Made by a program: the position numbers and the translations under genes. Shown here piece by piece: positions 40,276 through 49,568 of a DNA stretch of 64,000 bases; positions within the stretch are counted from its first letter, which is position 1; each line of letters opens with the position of its first letter. The notes under the pieces were generated by a model. The model was not told the origin of the DNA. It did no database searches and saw nothing but the letters and a program-made list of their open reading frames with translations. Source of the DNA: Lachnospiraceae bacterium (GTDB taxonomy: Bacteria > Bacillota > Clostridia > Lachnospirales > Lachnospiraceae); contig JBJEJI010000076.1 of the NCBI GenBank assembly GCA_051877895.1, positions 3,671 through 67,670 on the forward strand. Direction: 5' to 3'.

Positions 40276-40299
40276 GGCTCCGGGAATATTCCCGGAACC
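40276..40299. terminator. hairpin between convergent spoIIID and the DUF3810 gene
   Basis: ggctccggg-aatatt-cccggaacc with an A-tract before it. Confidence 0.55.
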
Positions 40300-40313
40300 T
40301 TTCCACAAGGCAT

Positions 40314-41414
40314 TTAGTATCCGCCTTTGTCTCTGTAATATTCAAGTAAAAGCTCTGTTACCCTGTCATAGCTGATGATACCTTCTTCAACTCCGAAGAA
40401 TTTCAGGGAATTGTCAGTAAAAGTATCTGTTACTTCATCCACGGTTTCCGTGTCAATTATACTATCCTCTTCCACAACTTCCCAGGTTTCCGGTGTAAGA
40501 AAAATAAAATCTTTTAATACAAGCTCATGGATTTCAACCTGATTAACATACCGGTCTATGCCCACACTGTCAAAATAAGAATCGTCCACATATCCCAGAA
40601 CACTTGAATATCCACTGTATCTTACAAATGGGTCATCACTGTTTATGCATGCCAGATACCCGAAAAAATTAGCCTCGTCTTCGAATATATATCCTTTCAG
40701 ATGACAATACTCATGGCAAATTACTGCCGGGTAATTAACAATATACATCATATTGTTATAGTTGGCTTCCATGGAGAAAGGGAAATATACTCCGGAAGTA
40801 TAGGACTGTGACATAAAGCCGGAAGCACTTATTGGCTTTGCTTTAGGGTAATAACCACGGAAACGCGGAAAGTCTTCCGAAATACTTTTCATTGCCTTTA
40901 CAGTTTCCTCATACATATCTCCGTCATATACCACATAACCGTTTTCGTCCCGTTCCATAAGCGGTGCCAGTCTGTTACACTCTTCTACAATCATATTCCT
41001 CAGATTTTCCAGTTCTTCAATTGTATACTCTTCTTTGCTTTGGTCAGTCAGAGTTAATTTTGAAGCTCCATATAAAAGTGAACAATTTAAGGTCATAATC
41101 AGAACTACACCTAATAATATACAGGCAAAGGTTTTAAAAAAAATAACGGCATACTTTTTATAGCCCGATTTCTTTCTGAGAAAAATAAGAAGAATACCCG
41201 ATACAAGAGCCCATAATACCAACACTATCCCGGCTATAATAAGTTTTTCTCCCAGTGAAAATGAAAAAATACCGGAAAACCTTCCGTAGGTATTTACCCA
41301 TACAGGAAAGATATGATCTATATAAAAATCACAAAAGCTGTTGCTAAGTGCCAGCAGATTCAATATAACCGCCAGACAAACAACAGCTATAAATATTTTA
41401 TTAAACCGTTTCAT
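40314..41414 (-). CDS. DUF3810-like membrane protein with an HExxH zinc-protease motif
   Basis: 366 aa with three N-terminal TM helices and the motif CHEYCHLKG. Confidence 0.7.
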   Translation of the reverse strand: MKRFNKIFIAVVCLAVILNLLALSNSFCDFYIDHIFPVWVNTYGRFSGIFSFSLGEKLIIAGIVLVLWALVSGILLIFLRKKSGYKKYAVIFFKTFACILLGVVLIMTLNCSLLYGASKLTLTDQSKEEYTIEELENLRNMIVEECNRLAPLMERDENGYVVYDGDMYEETVKAMKSISEDFPRFRGYYPKAKPISASGFMSQSYTSGVYFPFSMEANYNNMMYIVNYPAVICHEYCHLKGYIFEDEANFFGYLACINSDDPFVRYSGYSSVLGYVDDSYFDSVGIDRYVNQVEIHELVLKDFIFLTPETWEVVEEDSIIDTETVDEVTDTFTDNSLKFFGVEEGIISYDRVTELLLEYYRDKGGY

Positions 41415-41706
41415 AGTCCAGACATACTCTTGTTTTTGTGTAAGGTCTTACTTTGTTGTCAGCAACTTTTACATGCTCCGGATGTACTGCATATCCTTTA
41501 AGTGATTTTTCATCTTCAAACAGGCTGTCCAGCATTACATCTGCATTGGAACTTCCTAATCCGTTAATATTAACCTCTATGCTGACAAGTCCGGGAATTT
41601 TTCCTGCAAGGCTTTCAAGTCCTTCTTTGATTCCTGTCTTAACTATATTTTTCTCACTCTCGGTAAGTTCATCTTTTAACTGCCATAAAATAACATGTTT
41701 AACCAT
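41401..41706 (-). CDS. Dabb-family (stress-responsive alpha/beta barrel) protein
   Basis: 101 aa. MVKHVILWQLKDE...HPEHVKVA. Confidence 0.8.
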   Translation of the reverse strand: MVKHVILWQLKDELTESEKNIVKTGIKEGLESLAGKIPGLVSIEVNINGLGSSNADVMLDSLFEDEKSLKGYAVHPEHVKVADNKVRPYTKTRVCLDYETV

Positions 41707-41784
41707 AATAGCCCTCCATTCAGATTAATATTAAATATATCTTACCATTATGGTCAGGCTCTGTCAATTTCCATTATCTGAACA

Positions 41785-42876
41785 TTATCTGAACAAGTAC
41801 TCCTTCAACACCTCCTCAATAAGCTTTTCATCATCTTTGCCTGTCCTGCTTTCCGGAAATGCCTCCTGCAAAGTCTGATTTAACACATCCTTCTTTTCCC
41901 CGGATTTTTCGTTATGCTCTGCAACGCGGGTAACATTTTCTGTTTTTATATTTTTTCTGTCCTGTATTACCCTCTTAACTTCTTCTCCGGTTTCAGCACC
42001 TGCTGTAGCAAATGCAAGCTGCACAGATTCCTGTTCCTTGTTTTCCTCTGCATTTAATTTATATTTTTCCTGAAGCTTCTTCATTTTTTCTTCGTATTCT
42101 ATTTTTATCGCCTGCTGTCTGACCATTTCCCTTGCTTTCCGGCGTTTAATTCGCTCTTCCTGTTTCTGCTGCTTCATAAGCCTTTTAAGCCTAAGCTTTT
42201 CTGCCTTCAAGCGTTTTCTTCTGGTCCGGGTGGAGATATTCTCTGTTTTCTCCGATTTCGCTTCTTTTTCAGCTTTATCTCCTATCTCTTTTGTGACTGC
42301 CACCAGGGCATTTGGTGAATAATTCTCATTCTCGGATATAAGTTTTTCATCCTCATATCGGTTTGTAAGTATAAGTGGCAGCTTTTCATTTCCGAAATAC
42401 TGAGTAAGCATTATTCTCAGACTTTTTTCTTTGCTTTCATTATTTACCATCATGTTGAAGGTATGTATTGCCAGACACATTGTAACACCGAAAAAAGTAA
42501 ATGACAGCAACTCGGTTATGGGTCTGCCCCGGGTAATAAACAAGAAATCAAAAGCAGTGGTTGCAGTTAAAATAACCAGCGGAAACTGATTTGTCCTTTC
42601 ATCAAAGCTTTTTAAAGAAATGCCCCCAAACCGTCTTCCATTCATTTCATTTTCCACGAACAATTCTGCATCTCTGCATAGCCCGTCACCAAATGTTTTT
42701 TCAAAATTGCGCTTCATTCGTTTCATCCAACGTTTTTTCGTGTGTTCTATGCTCCGCGCATTACGGATATCTCGTTTGTATATGCTGCCAAGCAGTATTT
42801 TGACTCCGACGCCTAATGCCGCAAATGAACCTACTGTGGCATAGGCTGAAGAAATGTCCAACATGTCTAAGAGCAT
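41785..42876 (-). CDS. hypothetical membrane protein with a long K/E/R-rich coiled-coil-like C-terminal half
   Basis: 363 aa with hydrophobic segments in the first 150 residues, followed by highly charged repeats (KAEKEAKSEKTEN, RRKRLKAEKLRLKRLMKQQKQEERIKRRKA). Confidence 0.6.
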   Translation of the reverse strand: MLLDMLDISSAYATVGSFAALGVGVKILLGSIYKRDIRNARSIEHTKKRWMKRMKRNFEKTFGDGLCRDAELFVENEMNGRRFGGISLKSFDERTNQFPLVILTATTAFDFLFITRGRPITELLSFTFFGVTMCLAIHTFNMMVNNESKEKSLRIMLTQYFGNEKLPLILTNRYEDEKLISENENYSPNALVAVTKEIGDKAEKEAKSEKTENISTRTRRKRLKAEKLRLKRLMKQQKQEERIKRRKAREMVRQQAIKIEYEEKMKKLQEKYKLNAEENKEQESVQLAFATAGAETGEEVKRVIQDRKNIKTENVTRVAEHNEKSGEKKDVLNQTLQEAFPESRTGKDDEKLIEEVLKEYLFR

Positions 42877-42970
42877 ATATAAACCTCTCCTTCCATTGAT
42901 TTTTCTTAATTATATTCCCGATATATTCGTTTGAAAAGATGAAACAGAAAGTTTCGTAAGACATAAAAAA

Positions 42971-43004
42971 ACGTCATATGACAATTATTTTCATCACATG
43001 ACGC
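42971..43004 (-). terminator. intrinsic terminator after the TrmH-family gene
   Basis: Minus strand reads gcgtcatgtgat-gaaaataatt-gtcatatgacg, an 11-bp stem with two G-U pairs, followed by T7. Confidence 0.65.
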
Positions 43005-43053
43005 AACTTTTTTATTTACTGCTTATTTCTGTATTATTTGATTCCAAGACACA

Positions 43054-43866
43054 CTATACACTGCTACTGTTTTTTGCCTGATACATTAAAAGTGCAGCGG
43101 CTACAGAAGCATTAAGAGATTCAACTTTTCCTTCCATCGGAATGCGGATACAACCATCAGAATATTCAATGACCTGTCTGCTGACTCCATTTGCTTCATT
43201 GCCAACTACTATTCCATAGCACTGTCCAAAATCTGCCTGTGTATAGGGTACCGAACTGTCAAGAGCAGAAGAAAAAACCTTGAAATCCGGATGCTTTTTC
43301 TTCAACAATTCCAGTGTTTCTATGATACTACCCGTGTAGAAAATCGGCACTCTGAGAAGTGCACCCATGGTGGAACGTACCACCTTGGGATTGGTAACGT
43401 CAACCGACTCTGCAGAAAGTAAAATTCCGGTCATGCCTGCAGCTTCTGCAGTTCTGATTATAGTTCCAAGATTACCGGGATCTCTTAAATCGTCTAAAAC
43501 AAGCAGTCTGATTCCTCTGTCATCACAAAGGGAATCAATAGTATACTCCGGCATTGTTACAACAGCCATAACGCCCTGAGGTGTTACTGTTTCAGCTATA
43601 TGACGGAAAACCACGGAATCTACCAGCTGACAAGAAACTCTTTTTAAGTTTTTCCCATACTCTGATTCAAGTTCTTCATAAGCCTCCGGTGTAAAATAAG
43701 CTTCCTGAATTCGTTCCGGAAACTGACACAGTACCTCAAGAAACATCTTTTTCCCTTCGCAGACAAAGACCCCTTCTTCACGTCTTTCCCTGGCTTTCTT
43801 CAAAAGAGCCGTAAGTTTTTTAATGCGACTGTTAGTCTGGCTTGTAATTATTTCACTTTTGCCCAT
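43054..43866 (-). CDS. TrmH/SpoU-family RNA 2'-O-methyltransferase
   Basis: 270 aa with SpoU motifs (LDDLRDPGNLGTIIRTAEA, VVGNEANGVS, IPMEGKVESLNASVAAA). Confidence 0.85.
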   Translation of the reverse strand: MGKSEIITSQTNSRIKKLTALLKKARERREEGVFVCEGKKMFLEVLCQFPERIQEAYFTPEAYEELESEYGKNLKRVSCQLVDSVVFRHIAETVTPQGVMAVVTMPEYTIDSLCDDRGIRLLVLDDLRDPGNLGTIIRTAEAAGMTGILLSAESVDVTNPKVVRSTMGALLRVPIFYTGSIIETLELLKKKHPDFKVFSSALDSSVPYTQADFGQCYGIVVGNEANGVSRQVIEYSDGCIRIPMEGKVESLNASVAAALLMYQAKNSSSV

Positions 43867-43900
43867 GTATCCTCCGAAAATTCTTTAAACCGTTCCCGGC

Positions 43901-44563
43901 TTAATTTACAACTTTTCCGAGAAGTTTCTTTAAAACATCATTTTTACCAATAACCACAAACACATCACCGGCAACGGAAGGTGCATCTGCCGGTGGAGAT
44001 ATAGTCAACTGTCCGTGACGTTTAACACCAATAACGTTAATTCCGTATTTTTCACGACACTTAAGCTGAATTAAGCTTTTTCCAACCCATGATTCCGGAA
44101 TATCAAAATCAACAATGGAATAGTCATCAGACAACTCTATAGTATCAAAAATATTGTTCATTGAAAGATTGTTGGCAAGGTGAATTCCCATTTCCTGCTC
44201 CGGGAATACAACTTCATCTGCACCAACCTTTTTCAGAATTTTAGCCTGAAGCTCACTGTTGGTTTTGGCGATTATCTGCTTAACTCCCTGCTCTTTCATC
44301 CAGATGATGGAAAGCACCGTTGCTTCCAGATTACCACCCATTGCAATAACAGCACAGTCAAAATTCCTGACTCCCACTTCTTTTAAACTTCCGGCATCAG
44401 TTACATCAACACACATTGCATAGGTAACTTCATCCGCAACACTTTTTACTTTCTCCGCGTCTACATCAAGAGCCAGTACTTTGCAACCATTTCTTTCCAA
44501 TTGAAGGGCTACGCTTCTTCCGAAGTTACCCAAACCCATTACTATATATTCCCGATTATTCAT
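43901..44563 (-). CDS. trkA: Trk/Ktr potassium uptake system NAD-binding subunit
   Basis: 220 aa with VMGLGNFGRSVA (Rossmann) and a TrkA-C domain. Confidence 0.88.
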   Translation of the reverse strand: MNNREYIVMGLGNFGRSVALQLERNGCKVLALDVDAEKVKSVADEVTYAMCVDVTDAGSLKEVGVRNFDCAVIAMGGNLEATVLSIIWMKEQGVKQIIAKTNSELQAKILKKVGADEVVFPEQEMGIHLANNLSMNNIFDTIELSDDYSIVDFDIPESWVGKSLIQLKCREKYGINVIGVKRHGQLTISPPADAPSVAGDVFVVIGKNDVLKKLLGKVVN

Positions 44564-44604
44564 ATGTCCCTCCGTTTCGAACCAATACTCAACACTCCGT
44601 TTTT

Positions 44605-45972
44605 TTATCCGATTGTAACTTTTGCTTCTGCATAAGTAATCTTGTCTGTTTTATTTTTATTGCTGTTAAAAGCAAGTGCCAGTGTTATAGGACCGATACG
44701 TCCCAGATACATAGCCAGAGTAACAATCAGTTTACCTGCGGTGTTAAGTTCACCTGTCAGTCCCCTGCTAAGTCCCACTGTTGCTATTGCTGAAGTCATT
44801 TCATAAAAGGTATCCAGGAAATCTCCGTCCTGCACATACATAAGAGCAACTGTGAGAATAAATAAAGTAGTCATGCTGAAACATATAATTGCCACAGAAC
44901 GTCTGACGTAATCATCGGATATTTTACGTTTAAACACAACCACATCTTTGTTTCCTTTGATATTAGACATCATTGAGGCAAATAATATGGCAACCGTTAC
45001 GGTTTTTACACCACCTGCCGTACCGGCCGGTGAACCGCCGATAAACATCCAGATAATATAAACCACACAGGTAACATGTCTGAAAAGACTCTGGTCAATA
45101 GTTGCAAATCCGGCTGTTCTTAAAGTCACCGACTGAAAGAGACATGTCATAATTTTCTCACCGGAACTGAGATTACCAATAGTATCAGGATTATCATATT
45201 CAAAAATAAAGGTAAGAAGTGCTCCTACGAGAATAAGACCTAATGTAACTGTAAGAACCAGCTTGGTGTGAGTGTTAAATTTTGAAAAGAATCTTTTATT
45301 CTGTTTGCTTTTATTGTATCTGTAAACACGTACAATCTCCCAGCAAATCGGAAAACCAATTCCTCCGGAAATAATCAAAAACATGGTTGTAATATTCAGC
45401 ATCACACTGTCTCTGAATTCTAAAAAGCTGGAGCCGCCAAGAATATCAATTCCTGCATTGCAGAAAGCCGACACAGAATGGAAAACGGAATACCACACAC
45501 CTATACTGCCATATTCAGGTATGAAAACAAAGCAATACCCAATGGTTCCAATCAATTCCAGTACAAATGTTAAATACACTACATTTTTTATGAGCTTAAC
45601 CAGTCCAACAAGCGTATCCTGATTATATGCACTCTGAACAAGCAGTCTCTCACTTAAAGTTATTTTACGTCCTAACAAAAGAAGCATGCCTGTGGTAAAG
45701 GTTACAATGCCCAGTCCGCCTACCTGTATAAGACACAAAATAACAACCTGTCCGAATGTGGTGAAGGTATCTGCCACTACTACTGTTGTGAGTCCCGTAA
45801 CGCACACACTTGAAGCCGATATAAACAAAGCATCAACATATTCAAGTGTAACGCCGGGTTTTACACTAATGGGCAGCATAAGAAGCACAGAGCCTAACAT
45901 CAGGGTAACAAAAAAGCCCAACATAATAACTCTGGTTGCGGATAAACGACTTTTCCTTTTCTTCTCTGTCAT
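44605..45972 (-). CDS. trkH: TrkH/KtrB-family potassium transporter membrane subunit
   Basis: The ORF track gives 44605-45999. I prefer M10 (MTEKKRKS...) behind AGGGAAAG and after the prfA stop. It is polytopic with repeated selectivity-filter-like TGL/GG(S/I)GF motifs. Confidence 0.88.
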   Translation of the reverse strand: MTEKKRKSRLSATRVIMLGFFVTLMLGSVLLMLPISVKPGVTLEYVDALFISASSVCVTGLTTVVVADTFTTFGQVVILCLIQVGGLGIVTFTTGMLLLLGRKITLSERLLVQSAYNQDTLVGLVKLIKNVVYLTFVLELIGTIGYCFVFIPEYGSIGVWYSVFHSVSAFCNAGIDILGGSSFLEFRDSVMLNITTMFLIISGGIGFPICWEIVRVYRYNKSKQNKRFFSKFNTHTKLVLTVTLGLILVGALLTFIFEYDNPDTIGNLSSGEKIMTCLFQSVTLRTAGFATIDQSLFRHVTCVVYIIWMFIGGSPAGTAGGVKTVTVAILFASMMSNIKGNKDVVVFKRKISDDYVRRSVAIICFSMTTLFILTVALMYVQDGDFLDTFYEMTSAIATVGLSRGLTGELNTAGKLIVTLAMYLGRIGPITLALAFNSNKNKTDKITYAEAKVTIG

Positions 45973-45985
45973 AATAACTTTCCCT

Positions 45986-47062
45986 TTATTGCTGCTCATT
46001 CATTTCTGCAAGCTTTGCCGCCTGATCTGCAGCGATAATATTATCAAGAACTTCAGCAATGTCTCCGTTCATAATATCATCAAGTCTGTAGGAGGTAAAG
46101 TGAATTCTGTGGTCAGTACAACGTCCCTGCGGGAAGTTATAGGTACGGATTTTTTCAGAACGGTCACCTGTTCCTATCTGATTTTTCCTGTATGCCGCTT
46201 CTTCCTTCTGCTTTTTCTCAAGTTCAAGTTCATACAGCTTTGCTCTCAATACTTTGAAAGCTTTGTCCCTGTTCTTCAACTGGGATTTCTCATCCTGACA
46301 GGAAATTACGATTCCGGTAGGAATATGAGTAAGACGTACTGCAGAGTCAGTAGTATTGACACACTGTCCACCATTACCTGAGGAACGGAACACGTCAACA
46401 CGGCAATCCTTAGGATCGATAACTACATCTACATCCTCAGCTTCAGGCATGATCGCAACAGTAGCTGTTGATGTGTGGATTCTTCCGCCGGATTCGGTAA
46501 CAGGAATTCTTTGGACACGATGAACACCGCTTTCATATTTCAGTTTGGAATAGGCTCCCTGTCCGTTTATCATAAAGACAACTTCCTTAAATCCTCCTAT
46601 TCCGTTTTCACTGACACTGACCATTTCCGTTTTCCAACGCTGTGTTTCGGCATATTTGCCATACATTCTGTAAAGCTCAGCTGCAAATAAAGCAGCCTCA
46701 TCTCCACCTGCACCTGCTCTTATTTCCACAATAACGTTTTTATCATCGTTAGGGTCCTTCGGAAGCAGCAGTATCTTTAATTCTTTTTCGAAAACTTCAA
46801 GCTGCTCCTTACTTTCTGCCAGCTCTTCTTTGGCAAGTTCACGCAATTCTTCATCACTTTCCTCATCAAGAAGCTGAAGGCTTTCTTCAATATTATTTTT
46901 AGCCGCTTTGTACTCATTAAATTTTTCTACAAGTGGCTGTAAATCACTCTGTTCCTTCATTAACTTACGAAATCTTGCCTGATCGTTTGCAACATCAGGA
47001 GAAGCAAGTTCCGCATGTATTTCTTCAAATCTCAACAAAATATCTTCTAATTTATCAAACAT
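45986..47062 (-). CDS. prfA: peptide chain release factor 1
   Basis: The ORF track gives 45986-47074. I prefer M5 ([10 protein letters not shown]...). It has the GGQ motif (SGNGGQCVN) and the RF1-type PVT tripeptide. Confidence 0.95.
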   Translation of the reverse strand: MFDKLEDILLRFEEIHAELASPDVANDQARFRKLMKEQSDLQPLVEKFNEYKAAKNNIEESLQLLDEESDEELRELAKEELAESKEQLEVFEKELKILLLPKDPNDDKNVIVEIRAGAGGDEAALFAAELYRMYGKYAETQRWKTEMVSVSENGIGGFKEVVFMINGQGAYSKLKYESGVHRVQRIPVTESGGRIHTSTATVAIMPEAEDVDVVIDPKDCRVDVFRSSGNGGQCVNTTDSAVRLTHIPTGIVISCQDEKSQLKNRDKAFKVLRAKLYELELEKKQKEEAAYRKNQIGTGDRSEKIRTYNFPQGRCTDHRIHFTSYRLDDIMNGDIAEVLDNIIAADQAAKLAEMNEQQ

Positions 47063-47121
47063 AACATTCTCCATTTCATGGGGGTTATTTTTAATTCATT
47101 TAATTTAAAAATACAATTACT

Positions 47122-48003
47122 CTATGTCCACTCAGCTATAACAACTCTGTCTAAGTGATTATAATCCTTCAGAACGCGAATGTCGGAAAAGCCCTGCTGC
47201 TCCAGAATTTCCGGAACGGATTCACCCTGGTCATAGCCTATTTCAAGCATGAGCCTGCCTCCTTTTTTCAGAAAGGCTCCGGCTTCTGCTCCTATAATCC
47301 GGTAAAAATCCAGGCCATCCTCCCCACCGTAAAGTGCGGTATCAGGTTCATATTTCAAAACTTTTTCATCCAGTTTTTCAAGCTGTTCTCCGGGTATATA
47401 TGGCGGATTGGAAACTATGACATCATATTTTCCGCTTATGTTCTCAAACATGTTTCCTGCAATAAAATCAATCTCAGCCATGTTTAATCCGGCATTCTTT
47501 TTAGCCACCTCAAGAGCTTTCAGGGAAATATCAGATGCTTTTACTGCCGATGGTATTTCATATTCATCCAGCATCTTTTTGATACTTATGGCAATACATC
47601 CGGAACCGGTACACATATCCAGAATGTCATAAACATAATTTTCTTCAAAAGACTGCCCTTTACTGTCACTGTTTTCTTTTATATGTTGTACAGCCTCTTC
47701 AACCAGAAGTTCTGTATCCTGTCTGGGAATCAACACATCCGGATTCACGTAAAACTTTAGTCCCATAAAATCACGGCTGCCGATAATATATGAAACCGGC
47801 TCATTATTACTCAGGCGGTTAACCATAGTCTCAAACTTTACTCTGTCATCTTCCGGCATTTCTTTCCCGGAATTTAAAAACCATTTCGCCCTTGAGAAAC
47901 CTGTTACCTCTTCCATTAGATACCAGGCATCAATTTCCGCCTCATCATGATTTATTTTTTTCAGTTGTGACACTGCATTTTTTAACACTTCAGAGTATTT
48001 CAT
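47122..48003 (-). CDS. prmC: release factor glutamine N5-methyltransferase
   Basis: The ORF track gives 47122-48060. I prefer M20 (MKYSEVLKNAV...), which removes the overlap with the upstream gene. NPPY motif and a GTGSG SAM site. Confidence 0.9.
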   Translation of the reverse strand: MKYSEVLKNAVSQLKKINHDEAEIDAWYLMEEVTGFSRAKWFLNSGKEMPEDDRVKFETMVNRLSNNEPVSYIIGSRDFMGLKFYVNPDVLIPRQDTELLVEEAVQHIKENSDSKGQSFEENYVYDILDMCTGSGCIAISIKKMLDEYEIPSAVKASDISLKALEVAKKNAGLNMAEIDFIAGNMFENISGKYDVIVSNPPYIPGEQLEKLDEKVLKYEPDTALYGGEDGLDFYRIIGAEAGAFLKKGGRLMLEIGYDQGESVPEILEQQGFSDIRVLKDYNHLDRVVIAEWT

Positions 48004-48010
48004 TTCGATT

Positions 48011-48991
48011 CTATTCCTCTGGCCGGTCAAAATTTTCCTTAAGAAAGCTTCGCCAGTCAAAGACTGCTTCTACAGATGCGATGGCAACCTCTATCATGTC
48101 ATCATTCGGCTCTTTGGTGGTAAGTGCCTGCATCCACATTCCCGGCTTAGACAAAATATTAACAACAGGATTATTGCTTCTTCCGGCCAGTTTAAGGAAC
48201 TCATAGGAAACACCTGCTATTACAGGGAGCATTACAATTCGTATGCAGAATCTCAGGAGGAAATTCACAATAGGACCGAATGCAGTTATAGGAGGAATTA
48301 TCATAAATATAATAATTGCAATCACCATTACTATAATCATAAAGCTTGTTCCGCAACGTTTGTGTTCCTTGCTTGACTTACGGACATTTTCCACAGTAAG
48401 TTCCATCCCATGCTCCAGGCAGTTTATGGATTTATGCTCCGCACCATGATACATGAAAGTACGTTTAATGTCGTTCATAAGTGAGATTAACAAAACATAT
48501 CCAATAAAAATTACCAATCGCATTAAGCCTTCAATAAAAGCACAGAACTTGCCGCCAACCTCAAAATCAAGCAGGGAAGATATTCCTTCTGCCACAAGCT
48601 GTGGAAGAAGCATAAACAGACCTATTGCCAAAAGCAGTGCTGCGGCAACAGTTCCAAAAAGCACTCCTCCGGTCATAAATCCGCCTTCTTTGTCACCATC
48701 TTTATTTTTACCGTCAGCATCCTTTGATGCCGGCTTCTCATCTTCATCTTCGAAAAAGTCAGCCGAGTATGTAAGTGTCCGCATGCCAACAATCATAGAT
48801 TCAATCAGATTGACAGAACCTCTGATGAAAGGCAGACTCATCCATTTGTGCTTTTCTGTAATACTCTTATATTCTTTTACATCGGTAACAATGGAGCCAT
48901 CTGAAAGTCTGACGGAAACAGCATACTTTTCCTTATTTTTCATCATAACTCCCTCAATAACCGCCTGTCCACCGATTCCTGAATTTTTCAT
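48011..48991 (-). CDS. DUF1385-family membrane protein (YqhQ-like)
   Basis: 326 aa. The GGQAVIEGVMM N-terminus and the conserved position upstream of prmC/prfA are typical of DUF1385. Confidence 0.75.
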   Translation of the reverse strand: MKNSGIGGQAVIEGVMMKNKEKYAVSVRLSDGSIVTDVKEYKSITEKHKWMSLPFIRGSVNLIESMIVGMRTLTYSADFFEDEDEKPASKDADGKNKDGDKEGGFMTGGVLFGTVAAALLLAIGLFMLLPQLVAEGISSLLDFEVGGKFCAFIEGLMRLVIFIGYVLLISLMNDIKRTFMYHGAEHKSINCLEHGMELTVENVRKSSKEHKRCGTSFMIIVMVIAIIIFMIIPPITAFGPIVNFLLRFCIRIVMLPVIAGVSYEFLKLAGRSNNPVVNILSKPGMWMQALTTKEPNDDMIEVAIASVEAVFDWRSFLKENFDRPEE

Positions 48992-49025
48992 AATTCCTCC
49001 ATTTCATGGTTTCAGAATATATTGT

Positions 49026-49062
49026 CAAACTCGCAAATGCTACGCTTTTTGCTCGTTAAAAA
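49026..49062 (+). repeat. copy B of the dispersed 37-nt intergenic repeat
   Basis: caaactcgcaaatgctacgctttttgctcgttaaaaa. 34 of 37 positions are identical to the reverse complement of 59603-59639. Confidence 0.8.
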
Positions 49063-49187
49063 TCCCATCACCTTTTGGCAGTGAGTTCCTCACTTAATAA
49101 TATTTGAATTAATTGTTATTTTAATGCAAAAATAGGCTGAGATGATTACCACCTCAACCTAATTTAAACCGTGCTTTATAGACTGTA

Positions 49188-49385
49188 CTAAAAACCGTAC
49201 TTCTTATTGAACTTCTCAATAGCACCACGAGCGGCAGCTGCTTTAGACTGGCCGGTGTAGAATGGATGGCACTTTGAACAAATTTCTACGTGTATTTCCT
49301 CTTTTGTAGAACCTGTTACAAACTGATTACCACAGTTACATGTAACTTTTGCCTGATAATACTTTGGCTGAATTGCTTCCTGCAT
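49188..49385 (-). CDS. rpmE: 50S ribosomal protein L31 (Zn-ribbon type A)
   Basis: The ORF track gives 49188-49439. The conserved start is M19 (MQEAIQPKYYQAKVTCNCGNQF...CSKCHPFYTG) behind GAGGTG. Confidence 0.9.
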   Translation of the reverse strand: MQEAIQPKYYQAKVTCNCGNQFVTGSTKEEIHVEICSKCHPFYTGQSKAAAARGAIEKFNKKYGF

Positions 49386-49568
49386 GTTATTCACCTCACA
49401 TATAATTAATTGTAGTCTACCATGTCTGACACATCCCAAGCAGCCATGACTATTATGTTACGCTTATAAAAGCGACACTGTTATTCTAAAAAACTGTATA
49501 TAAACAGCTTGTTTATTATATCATACCGATTTTATGATTGCAATACCCTTTTTTCTTTACTTTTCACA

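Noticed and set aside
45686-46381. 231-aa plus-strand ORF. The same applies to 22787-23488 (233 aa), 30455-31138 (227 aa), 48453-49097 (214 aa), 10174-10776 and 10418-10954
   Set aside because: All lie antisense inside well-supported conserved genes (trkH/prfA, the ligase, cadA, DUF1385, the FAD oxidoreductase). They lack RBSs and have biased shadow-frame composition.
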